64,000 nucleotides of DNA from sequence record MZ475893.1; one strand, 5' to 3'. How positions within the stretch are numbered: the first letter of the stretch is position 1; each line of letters starts with the position of its first letter. The position numbers and the translations under genes were made by a program. The notes under the pieces are model-generated. The model was not told the DNA's origin and made no database searches. It worked only from the letters and a program-made list of their open reading frames with translations. This document shows, piece after piece, positions 27,458-37,471 of this stretch.

Positions 27458-27835
27458 ATGATCGTAGTATGTAACTCTTCAAAGGAATTTTCTGTTGAAC
27501 GTTTGAAACACGGGGACGCATTTGTATTCGGCAAGACGCGAATGCTTCTGCGAGCGGACTATCTGATACTAACAGATAAGCACAATGCTTTTTACGTGGT
27601 TCGCAAATCTGATGTTGTTTGGGCTCCCGAATTAACTGGCGCTACGCACATGATTAAGATCAGGGCGTATGCCCAGATTAAGCCGTTCGAACTCCATGCA
27701 GCATGTCCACAGTTCAATGGTCGTGTTTACGGAACAATCGCTTTCCGTAACCCACACTTTGAACATAGAATGAATACACTTCGTTATAGTGAGACAATCT
27801 TTGGAGGTCAACATGGCACGGTATCATGTGTTTAG
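27458..27835 (+). CDS. hypothetical protein
   Basis: 125-aa ORF. Confidence 0.6.
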   Translation: MIVVCNSSKEFSVERLKHGDAFVFGKTRMLLRADYLILTDKHNAFYVVRKSDVVWAPELTGATHMIKIRAYAQIKPFELHAACPQFNGRVYGTIAFRNPHFEHRMNTLRYSETIFGGQHGTVSCV

Positions 27836-28061
27836 TGCAGAAAGCAAATACTACGGCGAAGCATACGAGGGAACGCACTTAAAAGCGATTGACCTCGGGT
27901 ACCCAGTTACCCACGCCGAGTTTAAAAATTTCGAGAGCGCTAAGGAATGCGCAGATAAGTTACATGAGGTTTGCGATATGGGCTGGATTGTATACAACGC
28001 TTTTTCAGAAGTATCTGTATACGACAGCCGCACTATTGAAGGTGAGTCTGTAAATAACTAA
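27813..28061 (+). CDS. hypothetical protein
   Basis: GGAGG RBS. Confidence 0.7.
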   Translation: MARYHVFSAESKYYGEAYEGTHLKAIDLGYPVTHAEFKNFESAKECADKLHEVCDMGWIVYNAFSEVSVYDSRTIEGESVNN

Positions 28062-28132
28062 CAGACGACCTTGCATCTTCCGTGTGATGCTTACGGGCGT
28101 CACGCACATTCACTGTGATAATGAGGTTCAAA

Positions 28133-28648
28133 ATGAAATACGCTTCAATCGTTCTTGCTACTCTGCTTGCCACTTCTTTCGCTGCGTCTGCCGCTAACTA
28201 CAAAGCACCAGCGCCTGTTAAGGGTATGCAGTCTAGCGGTATGCACATCGATGATCAACTGGACGATAGCTGCCAGACCAAACTGTCTCAAGCCATCGAC
28301 TTGCGCGACTCTGTTGTTGACTTCACTGTTAGTCGCAATCAGATTGATACTGTGGCCGCTTGGCCGCTTGTGTGTTCCCCAACAGTCGAAGCAAAGACTG
28401 TTAGTGTTGAGCGTATGGGTTCTGACCTGACGATCACTTACGTTAACAACGACGACACCCTGCACCCGCTGACTCTGACATTGCAGCGTGTTGAATCTGA
28501 ATCCGAAGATGACGCACCCGCGTATCAGATTGTCCAAGTAGGCGACATGAACGCAATGGGTTATCAAGAACAGGCTGACGTTAAAGATTGGCTGCTGGAC
28601 TGTTACGCTGCTACGTTGCAGACTGGCATTCCACTGAGCATGAACTAA
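28133..28648 (+). CDS. exported (Sec signal peptide) protein
   Basis: MKYASIVLATLLATSFAASA cleavage pattern; three Cys in mature part. Confidence 0.7.
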   Translation: MKYASIVLATLLATSFAASAANYKAPAPVKGMQSSGMHIDDQLDDSCQTKLSQAIDLRDSVVDFTVSRNQIDTVAAWPLVCSPTVEAKTVSVERMGSDLTITYVNNDDTLHPLTLTLQRVESESEDDAPAYQIVQVGDMNAMGYQEQADVKDWLLDCYAATLQTGIPLSMN

Positions 28649-28926
28649 TGCAGCACCGTCGTAAAGTAAAGGCCGAGTCAAAGCAACGTTCAATACCCGA
28701 AGACTGGCCTGTATTCAAAGACATGTTGCTGACGTTGCGCATCGCTGTACTCACGGACGAGAAACCTCACGCTAAACTGCGTGCGCTTGCTCTCCAATGG
28801 TATACAGATGGGAAGTATCGTAACCCTGTCTGTGATTCTGTTCTGCTTAGGTTGACCGCTGAGAAACGACCTAAGCAAACTCTTGATCAATTGATCACTC
28901 TCTATAACTTTCTTGAGGAAGAATAA
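28648..28926 (+). CDS. hypothetical protein
   Basis: TAATG coupling. Confidence 0.7.
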   Translation: MQHRRKVKAESKQRSIPEDWPVFKDMLLTLRIAVLTDEKPHAKLRALALQWYTDGKYRNPVCDSVLLRLTAEKRPKQTLDQLITLYNFLEEE

Positions 28927-28928
28927 AA

Positions 28929-30149
28929 ATGGCTATCATTTCCGCAGAAGAACAAGCGCGTCTGGATTCACTTGCTGCTATCGTAGCTAAGATGTGGGCA
29001 CAAGGCGGCCCTGCTGTGCGTGATGCTCTGCGCTACGTTGCTAACCAAATGCTGAGCGACGAGCATTCATTCCCGTACGAAGAAGTGCCTGGTGTAACTC
29101 CTGACATTGAATCTGTCTACCACCATCTGAGCGATTTGCCACTGACGGGTATGACCCGCATCGTGCGCAATCCTGACTTGATCAGCTCGCTTGAAGATCT
29201 GATGAACAAAAATGAGCGTGAGATCTTCGGCTCTGCCGTGCGTAACAGCGCATACACTATGTTCAAACTTTTACCGCAGAATGAAACCTCGGTGTTCTGC
29301 CATCCAGGTAAAGGTGCTACCTCTCGCACCCAGCCTCGTCAAGTCGCTGAAAGACTGCATCGTGGTTTAAGCTACATGTTGTCCGTGCACGGTCTGGACG
29401 CGTATATCAAAAAGGCTGACAATCAAATTCGCTCTTACGGGCATACTCGCCTAGCCTCTCTGGTAATCGCAGTCGCAGTCAAAGGCGAACGCAGTGTTGC
29501 TACTCGCATCGTACCTCTGTGGTGTATGGACAATCACACCACAGAGGTGGGCACGATTGAACTTGATCAGGATATCCCGAACGATAAGCCTTCAACCTCA
29601 GTTGAGGTAGAAACTGATATCCAAGTTTGGCCGAAGTTTGAAGCAAAACAACTTAGAGATATCCTGCTCAAGCATGGGAATTATATCGAGTCTAAGCTGC
29701 GCGGCATGGACCGCGAAGAATTAGATGATACCTATGAAGCCTTCGTTGATGCATACCTTAACAATACTCACGACGAGGGTGATGAAGACGAAGATGATGA
29801 GTGGGACGAAGAAGAGGATGAAGACGAAGAAGATGCCTTCTGTACTGAAATCCCTTCGCGCCTAGCTCTACCTGTCGAACTGCCTATTGTTAATCTCGAA
29901 CGTCCGAAGTTAGACATTCGCCCAGGCATGCGTTTGAAGACCAAAAAGCCTAGACAGTCTCATATTCAGAATATTCTGATTGATCCAGTTTGGCACGCAG
30001 TTGACCCACAAGACGAGAACAATATTCATTATTTCAGTGTGTCTATTGTTGCCCGTGATACTGTCGGTCATAAGGCTATTTCAGCTTCGCCGCTTGAAGC
30101 ACTGACTATCTCCAACGTGCTGATGCAGATCGCTGAAACTAACACTTAA
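28929..30149 (+). CDS. hypothetical protein with acidic tract
   Basis: SD hairpin TTCTT-GAGG-AAGAA; 406 aa. Confidence 0.85.
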   Translation: MAIISAEEQARLDSLAAIVAKMWAQGGPAVRDALRYVANQMLSDEHSFPYEEVPGVTPDIESVYHHLSDLPLTGMTRIVRNPDLISSLEDLMNKNEREIFGSAVRNSAYTMFKLLPQNETSVFCHPGKGATSRTQPRQVAERLHRGLSYMLSVHGLDAYIKKADNQIRSYGHTRLASLVIAVAVKGERSVATRIVPLWCMDNHTTEVGTIELDQDIPNDKPSTSVEVETDIQVWPKFEAKQLRDILLKHGNYIESKLRGMDREELDDTYEAFVDAYLNNTHDEGDEDEDDEWDEEEDEDEEDAFCTEIPSRLALPVELPIVNLERPKLDIRPGMRLKTKKPRQSHIQNILIDPVWHAVDPQDENNIHYFSVSIVARDTVGHKAISASPLEALTISNVLMQIAETNT

Positions 30150-30194
30150 CTGGACAAAACAGCGCTTCTTAACGAGGCGCTTTTCTGCTATAAT
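30142..30194 (+). promoter_or_regulatory. box promoter P6 with terminator hairpin in spacer
   Basis: ACACTTAACTGGACAAAAC-28 nt-TATAAT; spacer AGCGCTTC-TTAAC-GAGGCGCT-TTT. Confidence 0.75.
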
Positions 30195-30260
30195 AGCAGC
30201 TAGAGCACAAGCTCTCACGTTTGCATTTACTATACGTTAAATACGGGAACCTCACATATT

Positions 30261-30563
30261 ATGGCACGTAACATTTCACGCAAGAAAGCGCTCGACCTGA
30301 TGGCAAAAACTTACAACGAAAAACATCCAGAGTATTTGCCGCGCCTCATGAAAGAGGACATGAATGCGAAAGACCTGTTCGAATTCCGTGAAGATGTTGT
30401 AGCTCAAATTCAGGCAGGTTTGAATCCTGCGAAAGTTGTTGATGATATGATCGACAACGCAATACGCGTCACCACGATGCGCCGCCGTATGAGCAATGAT
30501 TATAATCCGAAAATCTCCGACGTTCTTACCGATGAACTGCGTGAGGAACTTCGTAAACTCTAA
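30261..30563 (+). CDS. hypothetical protein
   Basis: First ORF after P6. Confidence 0.8.
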   Translation: MARNISRKKALDLMAKTYNEKHPEYLPRLMKEDMNAKDLFEFREDVVAQIQAGLNPAKVVDDMIDNAIRVTTMRRRMSNDYNPKISDVLTDELREELRKL

Positions 30564-30572
30564 GGAATAAAA

Positions 30573-31133
30573 ATGAAAAACTACGGTTACTTCTTTATCC
30601 TGAATCACATCGCACTCGCCGTAGATAGCGCCAGCAAGGAAGCTGGCTTTAAAGATTTGGTTGAGCTGGACATGTTCAACCGCGCTTCTGTTTTAGTTGT
30701 AGCTGACGCCGAGCCAAGGGGACGTCAGATTGCAAACGATTTGACCGCTGCACTTTATCCACGAGCGGCTGATTGTGTGCCAACAGTTGAGCAACGCATG
30801 ATGTTAGTGCAAGCTCTGCATGATGCCGAAATCGAAAAGATTCTTGGCAACATCCGCTTCTTCGTACCGCACGCTCACACGCGAGAAGATTTGATTTCGC
30901 GTTTCGGCTTTTACGTGGAGAACGATCAGCCTGCGCTGTTTATGCCGTACTACATGCGAAAGCATATTCTTAGTGACACCGCTGTGTTCTGCGAGGGGCG
31001 TCTGACTTCATTCAGAGACGCTTGCTCTAACGGAACTGTTACTGAGAACATCCGCGACTACGGCCTATTGACTGCGCAAGCGTACGGAAAAGACAACGTG
31101 CCTGAAATGTATCAGGACCTGCCTTTGTTTTAA
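30573..31133 (+). CDS. hypothetical protein
   Basis: AAGGA RBS. Confidence 0.8.
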   Translation: MKNYGYFFILNHIALAVDSASKEAGFKDLVELDMFNRASVLVVADAEPRGRQIANDLTAALYPRAADCVPTVEQRMMLVQALHDAEIEKILGNIRFFVPHAHTREDLISRFGFYVENDQPALFMPYYMRKHILSDTAVFCEGRLTSFRDACSNGTVTENIRDYGLLTAQAYGKDNVPEMYQDLPLF

Positions 31134-31144
31134 GGAGACACCTA

Positions 31145-31612
31145 ATGGGTGTAGTTAACGGTATCAGTTCAACTAAGTTCCCGCGTCGAGGGCGGGACGA
31201 GGGTCTGACAGTCATTCTTCGTCGTCGCTGGGGATTGTTCCCAGCTACTATCATTCGCCAAGATCACGGCGAACCCAATAACACGATCTACCGCATTGAA
31301 GCTAAGGCCTTGCCTAAACGTTTCTTCGACGGTAGTCATGAACTCTACGTTGCTGAGTATTATCAAACGAACTTTCCTAAAGACACTCCTATGTGTGCTG
31401 CTGGTGCAGTTGAAGGTCTGTTCGTTGAGATTGTATTCGACCATGATGTTCACAACAAATGCGAAGGCATCTGTGTGACTGATCGCGGTATGCAGAAAAT
31501 CTTTTTGATCACGACAGGTCAACATGAAGGTCGTTACGTCACTGAGGCCGAGTGTGATTACAAAGTCAAACCTAAACTTGTAAAGGATAATAGAGATGAC
31601 AGTAACATCTGA
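31145..31612 (+). CDS. hypothetical protein
   Basis: AAGGAG RBS. Confidence 0.75.
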   Translation: MGVVNGISSTKFPRRGRDEGLTVILRRRWGLFPATIIRQDHGEPNNTIYRIEAKALPKRFFDGSHELYVAEYYQTNFPKDTPMCAAGAVEGLFVEIVFDHDVHNKCEGICVTDRGMQKIFLITTGQHEGRYVTEAECDYKVKPKLVKDNRDDSNI

Positions 31613-31901
31613 ACACTCAACAACATCTACCTGCAAGCGTGCGACTACCGGCCTGGGTCGTTTGACTAGCGGCGATCAGTTCTACCTGTCGCTGGCAATC
31701 ACTGGCTCTAAGACAGGCGAAGATGCGGGCTTCATTGATTCCGTTCGTGATCTGCATAAGCACATTGCTGCGTTTGCAGCAAAGCATGAGGTTACGCAAG
31801 TGACCGCGTTTCTTGGACATAACGTTATGTCCGACGCCGAGTACACGTTAGAGTTCAACGTGTCTCAAGTATTCACACTCAAAAAAGAAAGGACGTATTA
31901 A
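31596..31901 (+). CDS. hypothetical protein
   Basis: Overlapping start, coupled to dut. Confidence 0.7.
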   Translation: MTVTSEHSTTSTCKRATTGLGRLTSGDQFYLSLAITGSKTGEDAGFIDSVRDLHKHIAAFAAKHEVTQVTAFLGHNVMSDAEYTLEFNVSQVFTLKKERTY

Positions 31902-32446
31902 TGGAATTTCAAATTAAGCCAGACTTGCAGACCTACCCAAATTTCATTCTGCCTAAGCGTGGCTCTGCTCAGGCGGCGGGCCTCGATCTGTTCGCGCAGG
32001 AAGATATGATCTTCACTGAAACTACTGAGCTGTTTAATCTTGGCTTCCGCGCTGCTGTACCTGAAGGCTACGTTGCCTTAATCGTACCGCGCTCTGGCTT
32101 GGGTGCTAAGTTCAACATGCAACTGTCAAACACGATGGGCGTTATTGATAGTGACTATCGTGGTGATTGGATGGCAGCGTTCCATCTGGGCGGTAAAGGC
32201 ACGCAAGCTGATACACTGCCGCCATATGGTCAGTATCAGAAAGAGTTCTATCATCACGGCAGTGAGCTGTGGGAAAAAGCGAATCAAAACGAAGCGCCTA
32301 TGCTCCTAGTTCCTAAAGGTGATGCGTTTGCGCAGGTGCTGTTCTTTGAAGTACCGTTGATGCAAGTGACTCTGGTCGACGAGCTGCCTGAAACAGAGCG
32401 TGGTGAAGGTGGCTTCGGTTCTACCACGAAGTCGCAAAGTGCCTGA
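31901..32446 (+). CDS. dut: trimeric dUTPase with ~30-aa insertion
   Basis: Motifs AGLDL, PRSG, GVIDSDYRG, AQ, RGEGGFGST. Confidence 0.95.
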   Translation: MEFQIKPDLQTYPNFILPKRGSAQAAGLDLFAQEDMIFTETTELFNLGFRAAVPEGYVALIVPRSGLGAKFNMQLSNTMGVIDSDYRGDWMAAFHLGGKGTQADTLPPYGQYQKEFYHHGSELWEKANQNEAPMLLVPKGDAFAQVLFFEVPLMQVTLVDELPETERGEGGFGSTTKSQSA

Positions 32447-32654
32447 TTACCTTATCTTCATCTTGATCGCCTACTACATTGTAGGCTTCATGCAGTTTAT
32501 GCGTGAAGTGTTCAGTTCTAAACTGAGTGAGAGCGAACGCTTGGCTGTCATTAAAGAAGATGAGGACACTCCAACGTCCGTAGTTTGGGCGCAGGCATTT
32601 AAGCTGATGTTATACGTTCTGTTCATTCACATACCGATGTGGATATTCAGATAA
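32439..32654 (+). CDS. small 2-TM membrane protein
   Basis: GTG start; hydrophobic N- and C-termini. Confidence 0.55.
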   Translation: MPDYLIFILIAYYIVGFMQFMREVFSSKLSESERLAVIKEDEDTPTSVVWAQAFKLMLYVLFIHIPMWIFR

Positions 32655-32664
32655 CGTCAATCGT

Positions 32665-32690
32665 TAGGTCCTTGCGGGGACCTATTTTAT
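32665..32690 (+). terminator. intrinsic terminator
   Basis: TAGGTCCT-TGCG-GGGACCTA-TTTT. Confidence 0.7.
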
Positions 32691-32705
32691 CGTAATATAA
32701 ACACT

Positions 32706-33026
32706 ATGAGCAAAAAGAAACCGCAGTACATTCTGCCTCGTGAGCGTCCTACGCGCTTGCCAAATCTGCGTGCTTATCTGATGCATCTGGCACGCAACCC
32801 AAACAAACATCGTGCCGTCCTTGAGATGCATTGCAATGCAGCGCTGGCCCAGCTGCGTAAAGATCGTTTATTTCTTGGCAGACTGTTTGCTCATAAGGTG
32901 TATACGAAGTCGAGCAAGGTCGCATACACAATAGTATGGATTGACCCGTACAACTACGATTGCCTTGTTCTAAATCATATAAAAAGGAGAGTAGAGTTTA
33001 AAAACCTTTACGGCCTGATTCTTTGA
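32706..33026 (+). CDS. basic hypothetical protein
   Basis: 106-aa ORF. Confidence 0.7.
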   Translation: MSKKKPQYILPRERPTRLPNLRAYLMHLARNPNKHRAVLEMHCNAALAQLRKDRLFLGRLFAHKVYTKSSKVAYTIVWIDPYNYDCLVLNHIKRRVEFKNLYGLIL

Positions 33027-33059
33027 TTAGGTCCTAGCGCCTTCACACTAGGAGACAGA

Positions 33060-33740
33060 ATGACTATTCTTATTTCTAACCGCACCGACGAGGTGATTCG
33101 CCAACTCAACGTAGCTATCTGGTCAAGCGTTCTATTCGGACTCATTGTACTTGCATCAATTCTGGTGCAGCCGAATGCAACAGCCAGCGTCTCTACGGGC
33201 CCTGATAACGTTATCGATATGTCTTCAACAACTTCACTCGATCCCTCCAATCGTGTGGCAAGAGAATACAAGGAGATTGCAAAGACGCTAGTTGTGCAAG
33301 ACGAGCGAAGGCCCTCGCGTTCTGTTACGAGAGAGCGCCTCCGACAATTGTACTCGCATCTACCGCACCCCAATGATTTAGGCAGGCAGATTGATTTGGC
33401 CGCTGCAAAGTATGCAGTGGACGCAAAGCTGATTCTTTCCATTTGCGTTTCCGAGTCGCATCTTCGTGCTAAAGTCAGAAACAAGTCTGGTGCGACAGGC
33501 ATCTGCCAAGTAATGGCTAAGATGCATGGGCATTCAGCAAAAGACCTCCTCGATTATCGTATCAACATTGATGCGGCAACGAAGATAATTGCAGATCTTA
33601 ATAAACAGTGTCGTGGTCGTACTGCTTGTGTTATTCAAGCGTACAACACAGGCTGGGGAGCATATTCGAAGGGTGCCCGTGCACCGCAATACTTGGCTAA
33701 AGTTAGATCAGAGATGCGCAAGCACCCATCATCATCCTAA
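33060..33740 (+). CDS. lytic transglycosylase (SLT domain) with N-terminal TM anchor
   Basis: ILSICVSES (catalytic Glu), SGATGICQVM, AYNTG. Confidence 0.85.
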   Translation: MTILISNRTDEVIRQLNVAIWSSVLFGLIVLASILVQPNATASVSTGPDNVIDMSSTTSLDPSNRVAREYKEIAKTLVVQDERRPSRSVTRERLRQLYSHLPHPNDLGRQIDLAAAKYAVDAKLILSICVSESHLRAKVRNKSGATGICQVMAKMHGHSAKDLLDYRINIDAATKIIADLNKQCRGRTACVIQAYNTGWGAYSKGARAPQYLAKVRSEMRKHPSSS

Positions 33741-33753
33741 AGAGGACATAATA

Positions 33754-34407
33754 ATGAGCACCGCCAACATCGCAGACTTGTACAAAATGCAGTTCCAGAT
33801 TCTCAAACCACTTTCGCCACGCCAAGAGTACGCACTGATTGTGCTACATGCTTCCGCGACCGAAGATGACGTTCGTGGTCTGGCCGAAGTTGTTGTTCGT
33901 GATTACCCGCACGTTGCGCGTCTGTATGATGCGTTTGCTGCTGCGACTGAGTACGGTGATAACTCTGTACCGTTCATCATTCCAGTATCAAATAGTGAGC
34001 ACGTCACCGAAGAGATTTACGCTATCGTTGATCACTCACTCGTCGTTGCGCCAAGTCTGCGCCAACTTTTGGAGCAAGCCCTTGAGCGTGTTCAATACAT
34101 GCCAGAGACTGCTGACGAAAGACGTTTCGTAATTGAACGCGAACCCCTGACTATGGGCTGGTTCATTGATTGTGTCCTTGACGCGTACAACTGTGGTCAA
34201 CTGCCTATGGCTGTTCGTCCATCGAAAGCGCAACAACAAATGCGTAACGAAAACCTGCTGTCGTTCAATCAGCTCCGTGATGCTGATATGTTCAGCGGCG
34301 AGATCGACTACACGCAAGCCTTACAGCCAAGTATGCAAGCGCGTCACATTGCAGCTAAGCTGATCGCACGTCTGCAAAACAGCAAGCGTGCTGTAACTGT
34401 TAACTAA
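33754..34407 (+). CDS. hypothetical protein
   Basis: GAGGA RBS. Confidence 0.75.
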   Translation: MSTANIADLYKMQFQILKPLSPRQEYALIVLHASATEDDVRGLAEVVVRDYPHVARLYDAFAAATEYGDNSVPFIIPVSNSEHVTEEIYAIVDHSLVVAPSLRQLLEQALERVQYMPETADERRFVIEREPLTMGWFIDCVLDAYNCGQLPMAVRPSKAQQQMRNENLLSFNQLRDADMFSGEIDYTQALQPSMQARHIAAKLIARLQNSKRAVTVN

Positions 34408-34412
34408 CAACT

Positions 34413-34445
34413 CGGGAGACCTTAACTGGTTTCCCGTTTTACTTT
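34413..34445 (+). terminator. intrinsic terminator
   Basis: CGGGAGACC-TTAACT-GGTTTCCCG-TTTT. Confidence 0.75.
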
Positions 34446-34471
34446 CTCGCTGAATTTTTAAGGAAATTCCA

Positions 34472-35617
34472 ATGACTAATTCATCTCTGCCTTTCGTTTC
34501 TTGGTTCGAACGTGACAACTACTTTGATGACATGCTTGAGCGCCTCGATCTCAAACGTCTCTGGGGCTATGTTGAAAAGAACAACGTGGTCAACAAGACT
34601 AAATACAATCTGCCTAACCTCACTGCTTACCACACTACCGAGCACATGAAAGAAGTTGCGTGCATCGCGTCCTCTCTACTGCACCGCGAGTCGAACCACG
34701 ACTGGCAGATTCGTCTGATGGAATATCCGTTAGTCGTCGCGTGCCTTTTCCACGATATGAATCACAGTCTGGGTAAATATACTGATGACGTGAACATCAA
34801 CCATGCGCTCGTTGCGTTTAATGACTATCTTAATAGCAAAGATGAGAATCAGGGTAACGACAAGCTGCTGTTTGAATATCGCGATCAGATCTGTGCGCTG
34901 ATTCGTTGCACCCAATTCCCGTTCCATGACTCACGCAAGCCAACTAACCTGATGGAGCGCTGCATTCGTGATGCGGATATTCTATACGGCCTGCAGGATG
35001 ACGCAATGCCTGCTGTTGTGATTGGTCTACTGGATGAAGTGAACGTTCGTTTGGCTCCAGAAAGCAAATACTCCACAGATCAGTGGGTGGCAGGTCGCAT
35101 TGAGTTCCTGTTGTCGTGTGAGATGTTCACCGAAACTGCTAACAAAATCTTCTGCGATGCTCTCAGCACCAACAGTCCAAACTATCACGGAAATGTGCTG
35201 CAATCTTTCCTTGAGATGAAAGTGCGGCTGATCGATGTTCGTGCAGGTAAGCTACGTGGTGGTGATGTTATCTGGACAGACACAGAGAACGACTCAACCT
35301 ATCGTCCACGCCAGATCAGAAACATCGGCAACGAAGCGCTGCCAGACGTTAACGTGTATTTCACTGACGGTCAGGCTTGTGGTTATCGTAGCGGTGAGAC
35401 CGTTCAGTTGCTGCCTAATACAGAGATGGTGAAGCTCGAAGACATTGTAGTAGGCGACATTATTCTTGAGCCTGCACAGGGTGAAGTGAAGCGCGATCTG
35501 CATCGCATCGTAAACATTGCTAAAGGTGGCCTGCACGAAAGCGTGCTCTATCTTGAAAATGGCGGTGTGTTTACGTCAGCGCCCAAAGGCCGTGTCTGTC
35601 GCGTAGTCAGCAAATAA
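34472..35617 (+). CDS. HD-domain metal-dependent phosphohydrolase with two small C-terminal repeats
   Basis: AYHTTEH, LFHDMNH, IRDADI. Confidence 0.8.
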   Translation: MTNSSLPFVSWFERDNYFDDMLERLDLKRLWGYVEKNNVVNKTKYNLPNLTAYHTTEHMKEVACIASSLLHRESNHDWQIRLMEYPLVVACLFHDMNHSLGKYTDDVNINHALVAFNDYLNSKDENQGNDKLLFEYRDQICALIRCTQFPFHDSRKPTNLMERCIRDADILYGLQDDAMPAVVIGLLDEVNVRLAPESKYSTDQWVAGRIEFLLSCEMFTETANKIFCDALSTNSPNYHGNVLQSFLEMKVRLIDVRAGKLRGGDVIWTDTENDSTYRPRQIRNIGNEALPDVNVYFTDGQACGYRSGETVQLLPNTEMVKLEDIVVGDIILEPAQGEVKRDLHRIVNIAKGGLHESVLYLENGGVFTSAPKGRVCRVVSK

Positions 35618-35662
35618 CTGGACGAAATAAGGCTACTCTGCTTAGGCTGCTTATGCTATAAT
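35610..35662 (+). promoter_or_regulatory. box promoter P7
   Basis: GCAAATAACTGGACGAAAT-28 nt-TATAAT with TG extension. Confidence 0.75.
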
Positions 35663-35704
35663 ATGCGTGAGCAGTCTTTTAACTTATTCTCAAGGGAGAA
35701 ACGT

Positions 35705-36379
35705 ATGTTTAGAACATTCAATCCAGATATGACAGGCAAGTTTTTCGTAATCGAACACAGCTTTAAAATTCAAAACATCTTTTGGATGGGCTTCAAAACG
35801 ATTGATGGCAGAGAAATCATTTTGCCTATTCCTGCACGTGACGCACAGAGTGGTTATCGTGTTGGCCGAGAAGCGGCCTTCCCTGTAATTCGCTCCAACA
35901 TTAATACGAACGCTGACCCAGATTCAGACGTCTTGTTCGAACATACGGTAGGCATCTTGCATATGCGAGCACGCCGTTTCGAAACTCAGATCATGACGCG
36001 CACTGCCGTCTCTTATACTGGCTTGCTGCCTGACGTCCGTATGGCAAAAGAGGGCGAGCGCTATGTTACGCCTCTTAATTCGTTTGAAGGTCCTCTTATT
36101 CCTGCACTGAGTCGTCGTCTTACTCATTTCTGCGAAGAAACGCCGATGCTGCACAGTTCTTTCCTTGAGACGTTCTCTGACGAAGAGTGGTCGAAACTGA
36201 AAGCCGCACCTGTATCAATCAATGATTGGCATAGTGTTTCTAACTCTATTCGTGAGGGTAAGCTAAAGCCTACAGTTAATATCCCAGACTTCTATCTGTC
36301 TACCCGTAAAGAAGATACGACAGTACCGTCAGACGTTATCGAATATTACGCCGAAGCTAACGCACGAGGTGATAGTTAA
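35705..36379 (+). CDS. hypothetical protein
   Basis: SD hairpin TTCTC-AAGG-GAGAA. Confidence 0.75.
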   Translation: MFRTFNPDMTGKFFVIEHSFKIQNIFWMGFKTIDGREIILPIPARDAQSGYRVGREAAFPVIRSNINTNADPDSDVLFEHTVGILHMRARRFETQIMTRTAVSYTGLLPDVRMAKEGERYVTPLNSFEGPLIPALSRRLTHFCEETPMLHSSFLETFSDEEWSKLKAAPVSINDWHSVSNSIREGKLKPTVNIPDFYLSTRKEDTTVPSDVIEYYAEANARGDS

Positions 36380-36612
36380 TGAGCAACCCTCTGCATCAAA
36401 CGTCTGAGACGATCTTTTATATTCTCGGTGCTGTAACCCTTCTGGCTCACCTTGTGGGCTTCGTTAAGAACTGGCTCAAGATTCATGAGATGCGCCAGAA
36501 GCGCCGCGACAAACTCGCAAAAGCTAAAACTCCGCACGAAAAGATGCAACGCCGTCTGGGTAAAGCTCGGCGCGATGCTCTGCTTTATAAACCTCGCAAA
36601 GTAAGGAATTGA
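36379..36612 (+). CDS. small membrane-anchored basic protein
   Basis: One TM helix then Lys/Arg tail; TAATG coupling. Confidence 0.65.
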   Translation: MSNPLHQTSETIFYILGAVTLLAHLVGFVKNWLKIHEMRQKRRDKLAKAKTPHEKMQRRLGKARRDALLYKPRKVRN

Positions 36613-36614
36613 TT

Positions 36615-36917
36615 ATGTCTTCTGATTTACGCCGCAAGCTCATGGCTGTGCTCGACAAGATGTTTGAGCACAAGTCTGAAAACAATCTCGCAGACGACAC
36701 GGCCTACTCCGTACCTCGTTCTGAGTTCTCTATGATTGCACCTGAGAGTGCTGCTGAGAAATGCGCGGCCATTACCGAGATTCTGCGTGACGGCCACATC
36801 ATCAATCTGTACGGTCCGTATGCCGTTACTGTCAGTCGTGACAGTGAAGGCCAACAGGTGTTTGTGTTCGTTCGCGTTCCAGACTATCAAGACATTGTTG
36901 CTGTGGAGAAACTGTGA
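36615..36917 (+). CDS. hypothetical protein
   Basis: AAGGA RBS. Confidence 0.7.
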   Translation: MSSDLRRKLMAVLDKMFEHKSENNLADDTAYSVPRSEFSMIAPESAAEKCAAITEILRDGHIINLYGPYAVTVSRDSEGQQVFVFVRVPDYQDIVAVEKL

Positions 36918-37465
36918 TGGAACAGATCGACATGTTCTACCAAGATCAGCCTCAGCAAACAACAACGCGTGCTGAATACTACAACCCGCACATCTCCGAA
37001 GAAGATCGTCTTCGTCAGTGGCGTTATGTGCAAGCTGCATTCGGTGGTGGTCCTGCTGGTAGTCCTATTCGTGTTGAGAAGATGCCGAAAGACATTACCA
37101 ACATTCATGAGTTCATCATTGTGCCTAACGAGAAACAGCGTAAGGAAATGAATGAACTCATGGGCGATCCCGAAGACCCGTCCGACCAGAAGTATCTGAC
37201 GATGCTGTACACGTACACGACAAAAGTCGGTATGATGGTACGCTCGTTCCAAGAGCTGGCTGAACGTGGTGGCCCTATGGGTTGTCTCAACGTGTTCACT
37301 ACAACGAACATCTATGAGTCTCGTCTGCTTGTGTTCTGGAATAAGAACCCTCTCGAAGATCAAGAGGAGTACACACAGTGGCTTGACCACATTCGCGGTA
37401 ACTTCAACAAGAAGTCCCGACGCTTCTATGAGATTTCATCAGAGCGTGAACTTTACTCAGCATAA
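36917..37465 (+). CDS. hypothetical protein
   Basis: GGAG RBS. Confidence 0.75.
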   Translation: MEQIDMFYQDQPQQTTTRAEYYNPHISEEDRLRQWRYVQAAFGGGPAGSPIRVEKMPKDITNIHEFIIVPNEKQRKEMNELMGDPEDPSDQKYLTMLYTYTTKVGMMVRSFQELAERGGPMGCLNVFTTTNIYESRLLVFWNKNPLEDQEEYTQWLDHIRGNFNKKSRRFYEISSERELYSA

Positions 37466-37471
37466 TTCATT

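Noticed and set aside
32439-33740. Holin-endolysin lysis cassette (2-TM protein plus SLT)
   Set aside because: Separated by a terminator and another ORF, no spanin genes nearby; not enough support
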